From assembly GCA_023229045.1 (NCBI GenBank), contig JALOAB010000002.1, positions 1-44,514 of the forward strand: DNA of 44,514 nucleotides. The letters run 5' to 3'. Source of the stretch: Fidelibacterota bacterium. GTDB lineage: Bacteria; Fidelibacterota; UBA2242. The first letter of the stretch is position 1. Each line of letters opens with the position of its first letter. Of the stretch, positions 1-7,959 are shown in pieces. The notes under the pieces were generated by a model. It saw nothing but the letters and a program-made list of their open reading frames with translations. It did not search any database and was not told the origin of the DNA. A program made the position numbers and the translations under genes.

Positions 1-127
1 ATTCTCATCACGCAGACCGCCACTACATATAAGACCTCGTTTCTTACAAAGAAGCGGGGTTTTTTTAAGGATTTAATTACTGGCAGAAGTGCCATATTCT
101 TAATAGAAGTATAACTTATACTACTAT
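1..127. repeat. Terminal direct repeat, copy 1 (identical to 44388-44514)
   Basis: Read directly: bases 1-127 (attctcatcacgcagaccgcc...ataacttatactactat) recur base for base at 44388-44514. This implies a circularly closing or terminally redundant 44,387-bp unit. Confidence 0.95.
35..66 (+). terminator. Intrinsic terminator inside the terminal repeat
   Basis: 11-bp stem CCTCGTTTCTT/AAGAAGCGGGG (two G.U pairs), 3-nt loop ACA, then a run of 7 T. Confidence 0.6.
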
Positions 128-634
128 AAGCACAGCTTATAATAGCGTTTTTGACAATTTAATAAAGGTTACGGAAAACAAACTCTTGCCTTGTTAGGTG
201 AAAAGACGACCTGATGAAAAAGATGCTGATTGTAGTATGGTAAGTTTATCCTCCAACAAGTAAATGTAGCTTAAGTGCTGCTGGGGTAATACTTTCCAAG
301 TTAAGGTTCTGGGACTGTGTTTTTTTCACGGCTAAGCCACGTTAAAAACAAATAATCAGGGGCAGAACGGCAATCTACTAAAAAAAGTGGGAGCAATGAC
401 TTCAGGGTGTCAACTCTCGACCCAAATGAGTAGGAAACATCTATTAGCTGACTAAGCTACATTGCCAAAAGAACAGTCTTATAAAGTTATTAGCGTAATC
501 CTCTACTCTAACGGGGATAAAAACCCCTGCTTTTTACCCTTTTAGGTGTTCCTGCGGCAAACCTGCTTTTGTAGATATAGGGGTAGAAGCTGCTAACCGC
601 TACCCCTGTAAAGAGTGTTATAAAGTGTTAAGGT

Positions 635-823
635 CTAAGAGTTAGCCTTCTCCTCTCTTTCTTTCTCCCAATCCTCAATTTGCTTCCTTGACCATCGAGG
701 CTCAGTCTCCCCGATAATCGGGTTCGGAAATAGGCCTTTTTTCCGCCAGATTAAAATTGTCTGCTTGCTCACGGTGAGCATAGCCGCAATGTCGGCCAGT
801 GTGTAAAATTCTTTTTCGGTCAT
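635..823 (-). CDS. AlpA/excisionase-type helix-turn-helix DNA-binding protein (62 aa)
   Basis: Taken from the internal ATG: MTEKEFYTLADIAAMLTVSKQTILIWRKKGLFPNP..RWSRKQIEDW, an AlpA/Xis (MerR-like HTH) pattern. GGAG lies 9 nt upstream. The ORF-track start at 853 would overlap the upstream small ORF. Confidence 0.7.
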   Translation of the reverse strand: MTEKEFYTLADIAAMLTVSKQTILIWRKKGLFPNPIIGETEPRWSRKQIEDWEKEREEKANS

Positions 824-827
824 TGTT

Positions 828-1001
828 TTACTCCATTCCTTTTGAATTGACAAAATAATTTAGTAGTCTGTCCGGCTGATTCGGCCTACGGGTTTCTGTT
901 CGGTGTTTGTGCCTGAAAGCATACCAATCAGCAGGGGTTGAAGTCCAAGCCGGACGCTGTAAACTCCGGCTGTCGCTTAGTCTAGTTGTTTGTTTTTCCA
1001 T
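828..1001 (-). CDS. Hypothetical 57-aa protein (below the ORF-track cut-off)
   Basis: ATG preceded by AAGGAAAAAGCT, and its TAA lies 4 nt before the next start. The sequence MEKQTTRLSDSRS...NSKGME is not obviously protein-like. Confidence 0.3.
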   Translation of the reverse strand: MEKQTTRLSDSRSLQRPAWTSTPADWYAFRHKHRTETRRPNQPDRLLNYFVNSKGME

Positions 1002-1065
1002 AGCTTTTTCCTTTAAATGTTATAAAAAATGTTACTCTTAACTGCTTATTTCATAAGTTTTTACG

Positions 1066-1093
1066 TTGACTTTCAAAGCCAAAATGTTATAAT
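1066..1093 (+). promoter_or_regulatory. Sigma70-like promoter oriented antisense to the leftward genes 1123-1970
   Basis: TTGACT (1066-1071), 16-nt spacer, TATAAT (1088-1093) on the + strand, inside a gap between leftward genes. Confidence 0.4.
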
Positions 1094-1122
1094 GTTTTAG
1101 CTATTTGACAAGTCAATAGGGT

Positions 1123-1296
1123 TTACTTCTTTTTGCCCTGTTCTATCGCCTTGATAATCGCCATTGTGCAAGAAATAATTACTATTGTCATCATAGCCAC
1201 TGATATATCAGCAGGGTCGATTCTTGGCCAATTAAACAATATAGCAGAGCAACAAGCCAAAGTCGCCAAAGTGAGTGTTATTTTGTAGGCTGTCAT
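1123..1296 (-). CDS. Small membrane protein (57 aa, two hydrophobic segments)
   Basis: MTAYKITLTLATLACCSAILFNW...MMTIVIISCTMAIIKAIEQGKKK. Purine-rich AGAAAGAGAGAAAAA precedes the ATG. Below the track cut-off. Confidence 0.45.
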   Translation of the reverse strand: MTAYKITLTLATLACCSAILFNWPRIDPADISVAMMTIVIISCTMAIIKAIEQGKKK

Positions 1297-1340
1297 TTTT
1301 TCTCTCTTTCTGCCCTGTGGGGCATTACCATGTTTCAGTC

Positions 1341-1373
1341 GAAAAAAGTTTAATAAAGTTTAGTCCGCAAAAG
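1341..1373. repeat. 33-nt direct repeat, copy A (29/33 identical to 1607-1639)
   Basis: gaaaaaagtttaataaagtttagtccgcaaaag versus gataaaagtttaataatgtttaacccgcaaaag. It spans the stop codon and 3' flank of the 1360-1590 gene. Confidence 0.85.
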
Positions 1374-1590
1374 GTGAAATGTTAAACTGATTTTTAATTT
1401 GCCTTACAATATCACAGGCAGCCGCAGCAGATACGCAATAGTCATCTTGAATAGCTTTAGCGGCTTCATCTTGCGCCAAACCTATATACTTGTCATAGTC
1501 TATATGCGCGGAACTACCGTCGAAAAAAAACAATCTGGCATTAGATTTGTAAAAAACGTGGCTTCTGATTTTTTTTGGTTTGGTTTTCAT
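1360..1590 (-). CDS. Hypothetical protein (76 aa)
   Basis: ORF track. GAAGGGATTAGGA lies upstream of the ATG. No family recognised. Confidence 0.55.
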   Translation of the reverse strand: MKTKPKKIRSHVFYKSNARLFFFDGSSAHIDYDKYIGLAQDEAAKAIQDDYCVSAAAACDIVRQIKNQFNISPFAD

Positions 1591-1606
1591 AATCCTAATC
1601 CCTTCA

Positions 1607-1639
1607 GATAAAAGTTTAATAATGTTTAACCCGCAAAAG
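1607..1639. repeat. 33-nt direct repeat, copy B
   Basis: See copy A. It lies between the stop of 1674-1970 and the start of 1360-1590. Confidence 0.85.
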
Positions 1640-1673
1640 TCCGCCCCTTATCACAGAGGCGGTAGTCTGGGGG

Positions 1674-1970
1674 CTATGCTGACAAGTGTAATTGATAAGT
1701 TATTTCTCGCCCTGTTTTCCAGTTTCTGAATTTTTTGGGCTTATTGAAAAACCCAAGTTTTGCTAAGTCTTTCGATAGTGGGATTATACCCTCAACTAAG
1801 GCATCCCAAACTATTGCTTCAAGCCAAATCATTCTCGATAGCATTTTTTGGTCGGGATAAGAGCATTCTATTTGTCCAAACTCTATCATTCTTTGCTTTG
1901 TATAGTTATACTTTCTCGCCAGTTTTTTATATTCAGCCAGTCTGTTCCTTGTTAGTTTTTCGATTTTCAT
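1674..1970 (-). CDS. Hypothetical protein (98 aa)
   Basis: ORF track. GAAGGGG lies 7 nt upstream of the ATG, and a near-consensus leftward promoter sits at 2024-2052. Confidence 0.6.
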   Translation of the reverse strand: MKIEKLTRNRLAEYKKLARKYNYTKQRMIEFGQIECSYPDQKMLSRMIWLEAIVWDALVEGIIPLSKDLAKLGFFNKPKKFRNWKTGREITYQLHLSA

Positions 1971-2023
1971 TTTTTAACCCCTTCAAATAAGTGTTATTAA
2001 ATTTTCAGTTTACTACTATAAAT

Positions 2024-2052
2024 ATATTATCGACTATTAGAGCGTATGTCAA
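2024..2052 (-). promoter_or_regulatory. Sigma70-like promoter for the leftward block 1970-635
   Basis: On the - strand: TTGACA (rc of 2047-2052), 17 nt, TAATAT (rc of 2024-2029). Confidence 0.5.
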
Positions 2053-2136
2053 TACCTTTTTTTGTATTTTCTTAAATATTCTTAAAATCAGCAGAATAGT
2101 GCTAAAAAGAATTTTTTAAAATAGGTCAGATTTTTG

Positions 2137-2166
2137 TTGACAAGGATAACGTTCATAGTGTAAAGT
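2137..2166 (+). promoter_or_regulatory. Sigma70-like promoter for the rightward packaging/structural arm
   Basis: TTGACA (2137-2142), 18 nt, TAAAGT (2161-2166). It is divergent from the 2024-2052 promoter. Confidence 0.4.
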
Positions 2167-2233
2167 TAAGTGATAATAGAACAAAGCTCGTTTTTCGGGC
2201 GTATAAAGCGATAAGCACTAAAAAAGGATTGAA

Positions 2234-2536
2234 GTGATTATGGCCAGTAAAAGCAAGCTTCCAAAAAGTCTTATAGCATTTCAAAAAAAACTATCGGCCA
2301 TAGCCAAAAAACTTAACGGCGTAAAACCTTTTCGCTTGGATATAAAGAACAAAAGCTTATTAAAAAGCTCGAAAGTAAGAAAATGGATTAAGGACGTAGA
2401 AGCTCAATTAAATACCCCCGAAAACATTGATAAGTTTCATAAAGACTTAATGAATAAGGTGTTGTATGGTATACAGCCGAATACCCCAAAAACTCACCAG
2501 AATAAACTATCCATCGAACCGCAAAATTTAACTTAA
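2234..2536 (+). CDS. Hypothetical basic protein (100 aa)
   Basis: ORF track (GTG start; alternative ATG at 2240, MASKSK..). AAGGA at 2224-2228. Lys-rich, no family recognised. Confidence 0.55.
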   Translation: MIMASKSKLPKSLIAFQKKLSAIAKKLNGVKPFRLDIKNKSLLKSSKVRKWIKDVEAQLNTPENIDKFHKDLMNKVLYGIQPNTPKTHQNKLSIEPQNLT

Positions 2537-2540
2537 AAAC

Positions 2541-2927
2541 GTGATTATTATGGCTAAGAATAAAGAAACAGGACTCACAGATAAACAAGACGACTTCTGT
2601 CATCAGTATATTATTGACAAAAACGGCGATAAGGCAGCTATAAGAGCCAAATATAGCCCAAAAACAGCAAGATTTCAAGCATCGTATTTATTAACAAAAC
2701 CCAACATAATCGCCAGAATCGCTGAATTACAGGCTAAAATCAATGAAAAGAATGAAATATCGGCTGAAATAGTCGTTAAAAGGTTTATTGATTTAGCCGA
2801 CAGAGCAAACCAAAAAGGCGATTTAGTTAATGAAAACCGCGCTTTAGAGAATCTCGGCAAGCATACTGGCATATTCGAGCGTGATAATGAGCAGAAGCGG
2901 CCACAGACTAACATAACACTATCATAG
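2541..2927 (+). CDS. terS: Terminase small subunit
   Basis: GLTDKQDDFCHQYIIDKNGDKAAIRAKYSPKTARFQASYLLTKPNIIARIAELQ matches the Terminase_2 (P27-type TerS) pattern as I recall it. It sits upstream of TerL. An alternative ATG is at 2550. Confidence 0.75.
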   Translation: MIIMAKNKETGLTDKQDDFCHQYIIDKNGDKAAIRAKYSPKTARFQASYLLTKPNIIARIAELQAKINEKNEISAEIVVKRFIDLADRANQKGDLVNENRALENLGKHTGIFERDNEQKRPQTNITLS

Positions 2928-2940
2928 ATAAGGGGTTATA

Positions 2941-3288
2941 GTGAATTGTCCAATATGCGACAAAGTGATTGAACAGGTTGACGGTAAACGTGCTAAGAAG
3001 TATTGTAGTCAGACTTGCAAACAGGCTTTTTACCGCAAAAGCAAGGATAGTGCGATTTTAGCCCAAAAACAAGGATTAGAAAACGCACCAGAATCGGCTA
3101 CAATTGACGATAACGTAACAATTGATAACGTAACGCCCCATATCGTAACATCAAATCGTAACAAGGACGCAGCAGGGAATGATAATCCTACTTTGGCTTT
3201 TAAAAGTTTTCTACTTGACGTGTCGTCATACAGACGTATAACATATAGTTATGGCAAAGAAAGTTTTATATCCAGAGATGTTAGCTGA
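2941..3288 (+). CDS. Zn-ribbon protein (CxxC...KYCSxxC) with a repeat-encoded middle
   Basis: MNCPICDK...KKYCSQTCKQAFYRK. GTG start after AAGGGG. Contains the CGTAAC periodic repeat. Confidence 0.55.
   Translation: MNCPICDKVIEQVDGKRAKKYCSQTCKQAFYRKSKDSAILAQKQGLENAPESATIDDNVTIDNVTPHIVTSNRNKDAAGNDNPTLAFKSFLLDVSSYRRITYSYGKESFISRDVS
3101..3162. repeat. Four CGTAAC motifs at about 15-bp spacing (tandem ATTGA..TAACGTAAC units)
   Basis: CGTAAC at 3114, 3129, 3144 and 3157. AATTGACGATAACGTAAC is followed by AATTGATAACGTAAC. Confidence 0.8.
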
Positions 3289-3697
3289 AATAACAAAGTT
3301 GAATACAGATGGCTTAACGATAGGTTCGATAGCTGCTCGCTACGGGGTTTGCAGTACCACATTAAGTTCTTTTTGTAAGAGGAACAATGTAGCATTGATT
3401 AATCATAGTCCTCGTTATGCTGGAATAGAGGGTGTTCTTCACCAAAAAGAAAGGCATTTGCGCCGTCACATACAAAACCCGGCATTACGTAAGGCAAGAT
3501 ATGCGGTTTATGTGGCTATTAAGCAGGGTAAATTACCAAAGGCAAGAGACTGTGTTTGTTTATATTGTGACAATATGGCTTATGTTTGGCATCATCACAA
3601 GGGTTACGCTAAAGAGAATTGGCTTGACGTTATTCCGGTATGTTCTAAACACCACGGTTTAATCCACAAAGGAGTCCACAATAGATGTCAGGATTAA
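3251..3697 (+). CDS. HNH endonuclease (terminase-associated) with an N-terminal HTH
   Basis: CVCLYCDNMAYVWHHHKGYAKENWLDVIPVCSKHHGLIH gives the HNH/Cys-box motif. It lies between terS and terL and overlaps the terL start. Confidence 0.85.
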   Translation: MAKKVLYPEMLAEITKLNTDGLTIGSIAARYGVCSTTLSSFCKRNNVALINHSPRYAGIEGVLHQKERHLRRHIQNPALRKARYAVYVAIKQGKLPKARDCVCLYCDNMAYVWHHHKGYAKENWLDVIPVCSKHHGLIHKGVHNRCQD

Positions 3698-5226
3698 CAG
3701 CAAATGTTAGTAGTAAGCCATACCAGAGCGGTTTTTTGACTTCTTTGGAGCGTTTTCCTGCGATGATAGCCGGTTGGGGCACAGGTAAGACTATGTGTGC
3801 GATTTTGAAAGGTCGGATAAACTCGCGGGCTTTCAAGAACAATTTAGGTTTAATAGTGAGGAAGAACTTCACTGATTTGCGTGATTCGACGTTGAAGGAT
3901 TTCGAGTTATACACAGGAATTAAAGTTCCTCAGCACACCAAGGAGATAGTTGACGAGAACGGCAGTGTAACGATGTTCCGGCACGGTGACGAGTTGAGTG
4001 GTTTACAGAACGTCAATTTAGGTTGGGCTTACATTGAGCAGGCAGAGGAATTTGATTCGGACGATACATTCGGTATGTTGAGGGGCAGGTTGAGGCGGAA
4101 ATTAGAGCCTGATGTGAGTATATGGTCAGATCCATCTTTTAAGGTTGGGCCGGTTCACAGGCCGTTTATAGAGAAATTACAGGAATTGAAGCCTCAGCAG
4201 TTATTTCTGATAGCCAACGCCAATGGTCATAACTGGTGTTGGGAATATTGGATTAGGGGTTTACCTGCGGTAATGAGTGATTTGATTTACGAGGAGATGT
4301 CTCGTGAGACAAAAGTTCCGGTTGAGGAGCTTAAAAAGTTAAGTTCTTCTGACCAGTACAAGTGTTTTCAGGCGACCACGTTTGACAATAGGGATAACTT
4401 ACCTGACAGTTTTATATCTGATATGATAAAGTTAAAGACCGAGAACCCCCAGAAGTACGAGCAGTATGTAATGAACTCTCACGAGGCGTTTGACTTAATA
4501 GGCTCGTTTTTTGCTTCTCAGATGAGTCAGGCTTTGATAGCCAAGCGAATAGGGCCTGTTCCATACGACCCGATGGCTAAGGTATTTACTTTTTGGGACA
4601 TTGGTGATATTTACACAGCCATTTGGTTTGTTCAGTTCCAAGGGCCTCAAATTAAGCTAATTGACTTTTATTACGATAACAAGGGTCAGGGGATTCCGTT
4701 TTACTCTAAGGTTTTAATGGAAAAGGGGTATAATTACGGCGAGCATTGGGTAGGCCCTGATTTAGACCCTGAGCACGGCGGGAACAGGAAGTCTATGCAC
4801 ACCGGCAAGTACACTATTGACATTGCCAAAGAGCACAACATTAAATTTAAGGTAGTAGTTCCTCACGATGTAGATGACAGGATAAAGGCTTCTGCCGACC
4901 TGATAAGTCAGTGTTGGTTTGACGAGAAGAAGTGTTCTGAGGGGATAGACGGTTTAATACACTTCAGGAAGAAAAGAAATGATGCTGATTCGACTAAAGA
5001 CCACATAGTTTACCACAAGACCCCGATAGACGGCTGGACAAGGCATATAGCGGATGCTTTTGGTCACTTGGCTATGGCTCACAGGTATTTGAATATTACT
5101 GGTCAGAGGTTCGGCAGGTCGAGTCAGGATGCACCTATAAGGCGTAGGCAGAAGGAAAGCGATAGTATATTAACCAGAGGCCTTCATAGTAAAGTCTTAT
5201 CACAGGGGTTAAAAAAGGTGGTATGA
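3685..5226 (+). CDS. terL: Terminase large subunit
   Basis: Walker A AGWGTGKTM and Walker B-like AYIEQAEE. 513 aa with a C-terminal nuclease-like half (WDIGD...DAFGH). Confidence 0.9.
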   Translation: MSGLTANVSSKPYQSGFLTSLERFPAMIAGWGTGKTMCAILKGRINSRAFKNNLGLIVRKNFTDLRDSTLKDFELYTGIKVPQHTKEIVDENGSVTMFRHGDELSGLQNVNLGWAYIEQAEEFDSDDTFGMLRGRLRRKLEPDVSIWSDPSFKVGPVHRPFIEKLQELKPQQLFLIANANGHNWCWEYWIRGLPAVMSDLIYEEMSRETKVPVEELKKLSSSDQYKCFQATTFDNRDNLPDSFISDMIKLKTENPQKYEQYVMNSHEAFDLIGSFFASQMSQALIAKRIGPVPYDPMAKVFTFWDIGDIYTAIWFVQFQGPQIKLIDFYYDNKGQGIPFYSKVLMEKGYNYGEHWVGPDLDPEHGGNRKSMHTGKYTIDIAKEHNIKFKVVVPHDVDDRIKASADLISQCWFDEKKCSEGIDGLIHFRKKRNDADSTKDHIVYHKTPIDGWTRHIADAFGHLAMAHRYLNITGQRFGRSSQDAPIRRRQKESDSILTRGLHSKVLSQGLKKVV

Positions 5227-5435
5227 AGTTGATAAAGAAAATAACCAAGTTTTTCAGGAAGCACGATTTCGAGGAATCTTCGAGTTTAATCCAGCTTCCT
5301 GATGGCGCAATTATACCTTGGGGTGTCTTAACTTGCCGTAAGTGCGGAGATAAGAAGTTGTGGATTATTGCTTTGTCTGGACTTATGGCTTTTTTATTTT
5401 ATCACGGTTGCGATAGAAAGGAGCGTGTATCATAG
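5223..5435 (+). CDS. Hypothetical protein (70 aa, one hydrophobic segment, CxxC)
   Basis: ORF track. ATGA overlap with the terL stop. Confidence 0.45.
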   Translation: MKLIKKITKFFRKHDFEESSSLIQLPDGAIIPWGVLTCRKCGDKKLWIIALSGLMAFLFYHGCDRKERVS

Positions 5436-5503
5436 GCGGCGGCGGAAGTCCAAAAATAAAAAAACCGGTAAGAAAAGTAACTGCCCAGCCGGTGGCGGGC
5501 ACT

Positions 5504-5623
5504 ATGAGCGAGGCGGAGTCGAGGAACACTAAATTAGCGGCTGCGCTGCTTACTCAGGGCTGGAATAGTCCGCCCAAACTTGGTGTTTCGACAATGAGAA
5601 ACAAGGGTCTATTAGGACTATAA
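5504..5623 (+). CDS. Possible 39-aa ORF just upstream of portal
   Basis: MSEAESRNTKLAAALLTQGWNSPPKLGVSTMRNKGLLGL. The stop lies 1 nt before the portal ATG. No clear SD; below the track cut-off. Confidence 0.25.
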   Translation: MSEAESRNTKLAAALLTQGWNSPPKLGVSTMRNKGLLGL

Positions 5624-5624
5624 G

Positions 5625-7403
5625 ATGTGGGAAACTAAAACATTATACGACCGATTGGCTTTAATGCTCAATGAGAAGATAAATTCTTATTCGAGGTTAA
5701 AGAACGACCGTGAGCTTATAGCCGAGTATTTCAGGTTAGACCTTCAGGTTGAGGTCGATTCCAAGACTAACTCTCTGATTTTGGGTAGGGGTATTTACGA
5801 GGGTACTGCGCCTTGGGCGGCGAGGATAATGGCGACCGGCTTTCAGGGTAAGTTAATGTCCAAGTCGATTGACTGGATTGCCTACACAATGAGCGAAACA
5901 TCTTTAATTGGCATTGACCCACTGGACATTTGGGTTCAGCAGGTAAAAGAGTATATGACTGACGTTTACCAGAGGGGAAATTTTTATGACGTTCAGCCTA
6001 ACTTCACGTTAGACGGCCTTACGGTCGGAAGTCCTGTGATGTTCGCAGAGGAAGATTTGCGAACTAAAAGGATAATGTGGATTCCCCAGTATTATAAGCA
6101 TTGTTATTTATTTTATAATAAATTCAACGAGGTTGAGGGCATAATTATTAAAGACCCCAAGTGGACGGTCAAGCAGATATACGATAAATTCACTACTCAG
6201 GGCAAGTCCGGCGCGGAGAGACTGGCGGAGTGTAAAGAGAAGTTCTCTGCCTGTCTGTATAAGAAAATCGAACAGGGAATGTTCAGCGACGAGCATACGA
6301 TTATCAGGGCGGTCTTTTACGGTAACGACCCTGTTTGGGATAGACCTGAGTTTAAAAAGCCCATAGGCAATCCCCAGTGGATAAGTGTGTACTACGAGGA
6401 ATCACCCAAAGAAGACAGAAAAGACATTCCATTGAGTGCCTCTCCTTACTGGTCGAGGCCGTTTGTTGTCTGGGACTATAATAAGAAGCCTTGGGATGTA
6501 GGGTCATCCACTCCGGCCTTTGAAGCCTATCACGATACCCTAAGTCATCAGCAGGTACATAAGAACTTCATTGAGCTTGCCCAAAAGAAGGTCAATCCTG
6601 CTATGTACTATTTGAGTACAATGGACAATAGAATTGACTTTAATCCGGGCGGTTTAATGCCGGTCGAGCCTGACGAATACAATCATCCGCCCAGACCAAT
6701 CGAGGGATTGGGTGATATACTCTTAAATAAAGAATTAAGTGACATTTTCAGTGCGGCGATTAAGAGGCACTTCCATTTAGACCAGTTACAGACGTTCTTA
6801 GAGAGATTAAGACAGGGCCGTGCGCCGCTGACTGAGTTAGAGACTATGAAGTTAGACGGTGAGAGCGCCTCGTTTTTAAGTCCGTTCATTGAAAGTCACT
6901 CTCGGTATTTAAGTGCCTGCGATGAGGTAATGATGGGCATTGAGGTCAGGGCGGCCAGAGAGGGCGGGCCGTTCGCGCCGGATGTAATGGCCGAGATTAC
7001 CGATATAGTCGTTCAGAACTCCAAGAAGCCCGTAAATACTATTTCGATAAGACCTGAATTTATCGGGCCTTTACATAGAAGTCAGAAGCTTTACCAGAAA
7101 ATCGACCCGATAAGAACGGGCGTGGCGATAGCCTCTGAGATAGGTCAGGTACTTGGCGACCCTGAGCTTCCGAAGATTATGATTAGAGGTTACGAGACTA
7201 TTGATGACGCTTTACAGGCAGTGAACTTCCCGCAGAAGAACGTCAGGACTAAAGACGAATACGAAAAGACTTTAGACGAGATTACTCAGGCAAGACTCCA
7301 GCAGCAGCAGATGGAAATGGCCTTGCAGGCCGCTAAAGTCGTTCCGCCGAGTAAAAAGATTGAAGAAGGCTCTCCGATAGCTGAAATGGCAGGTGCGGTA
7401 TAA
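5625..7403 (+). CDS. Portal (head-tail connector) protein, T7 gp8-like
   Basis: 592 aa located after terL. The N-terminal YSRLKNDRELIAEYF resembles the Y.RLKNDR block I recall from T7 gp8. The C-terminus is Gln/Ala-rich. Confidence 0.85.
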   Translation: MWETKTLYDRLALMLNEKINSYSRLKNDRELIAEYFRLDLQVEVDSKTNSLILGRGIYEGTAPWAARIMATGFQGKLMSKSIDWIAYTMSETSLIGIDPLDIWVQQVKEYMTDVYQRGNFYDVQPNFTLDGLTVGSPVMFAEEDLRTKRIMWIPQYYKHCYLFYNKFNEVEGIIIKDPKWTVKQIYDKFTTQGKSGAERLAECKEKFSACLYKKIEQGMFSDEHTIIRAVFYGNDPVWDRPEFKKPIGNPQWISVYYEESPKEDRKDIPLSASPYWSRPFVVWDYNKKPWDVGSSTPAFEAYHDTLSHQQVHKNFIELAQKKVNPAMYYLSTMDNRIDFNPGGLMPVEPDEYNHPPRPIEGLGDILLNKELSDIFSAAIKRHFHLDQLQTFLERLRQGRAPLTELETMKLDGESASFLSPFIESHSRYLSACDEVMMGIEVRAAREGGPFAPDVMAEITDIVVQNSKKPVNTISIRPEFIGPLHRSQKLYQKIDPIRTGVAIASEIGQVLGDPELPKIMIRGYETIDDALQAVNFPQKNVRTKDEYEKTLDEITQARLQQQQMEMALQAAKVVPPSKKIEEGSPIAEMAGAV

Positions 7404-7672
7404 TGAGTGACACTAAATACCGAGCCGAATTAGTTCAGGCATACAGGGGCGCAGGGGTTGCTTTCCTTGCGAGGAAGCTGTTAAAAGTCTTTAAGAAGAT
7501 TGAAACCGAAGAAGATAGAGTCGTACATAACTATATGATGGAAGATATTGACATTTTACTGGAAAAAAGAGGTTCTGAATTTTTAAGAGTTGTGGCAAGG
7601 GACATTTTAGAGCTTGCCGAAATTAATAAGGAGATAGCCGATGCCGAGACCGAAGAAAAACCAAAACGCTGA
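7403..7672 (+). CDS. Hypothetical acidic head-module protein (89 aa)
   Basis: TAATG overlap with the portal stop. Confidence 0.55.
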   Translation: MSDTKYRAELVQAYRGAGVAFLARKLLKVFKKIETEEDRVVHNYMMEDIDILLEKRGSEFLRVVARDILELAEINKEIADAETEEKPKR

Positions 7673-7955
7673 AAATATAAACGAAACAAAGCAGGTAGTT
7701 GAGCCGACAGACATTCCTAAACCTGCGGCAGAGCCAGTCGAAAAACCTAAGAAGTTATTAATAATGGAATTGGAAGTGCCGTTATATATCACGGGTTTTA
7801 AGAACCGCGCAGACTTCGAGGACAATAGGCTGGAGACTTTTATATTCCACAATAGAATGAAGAACCGGCTCGAAAGAGCATTAATTGACAGGTGTTACAT
7901 CCCTAACCAGAACGGAAAGCTGGTTACTAAATTTACTTTGTTTGAGAAAGGATAA
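7641..7955 (+). CDS. Hypothetical head-module protein (104 aa)
   Basis: Strong AAGGAG 7 nt upstream of the ATG. Confidence 0.6.
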   Translation: MPRPKKNQNAENINETKQVVEPTDIPKPAAEPVEKPKKLLIMELEVPLYITGFKNRADFEDNRLETFIFHNRMKNRLERALIDRCYIPNQNGKLVTKFTLFEKG

Positions 7956-7959
7956 GAAG

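Noticed and set aside
388-466. tRNA-like element on the - strand: a 7-bp acceptor-like pairing GGCAATG/CATTGCT followed by C-CCA, total about 79 nt. The loop contains CCT or CTA triplets (CTA would read the amber codon).
   Set aside because: The D-arm would have only a 5-nt loop. The anticodon loop would be 9 nt or need a U.U pair. There is no T-arm adjacent to the acceptor; the GGGTC..GAC(A)CCC hairpin is followed by 6 unpaired nt and lacks a TTC loop. It is not a canonical tRNA. Kept only as a structured element in the findings.
128-634. attP site plus integrase (temperate module) next to the AlpA/excisionase-like gene.
   Set aside because: No tyrosine or serine recombinase motif was found in any ORF of the 44.4 kb, and no recognisable tRNA 3' fragment. 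The AlpA-like protein is therefore annotated only as an HTH regulator.
5494-5574. Possible tRNA: GGCGGGC ... GTCCGCC could form a 7-bp acceptor stem 81 nt apart.
   Set aside because: No D, anticodon or T arms can be drawn. The segment lies in a GC-rich stretch containing a small ORF, so the pairing is probably coincidental.
5417-5623. Programmed -1 frameshift joining 5223-5435 to the downstream frame (..GGGGSPKIKKP..MSEAES..).
   Set aside because: No slippery heptamer or downstream structure was identified near the overlap. Only an open frame was seen, so the idea is too speculative.
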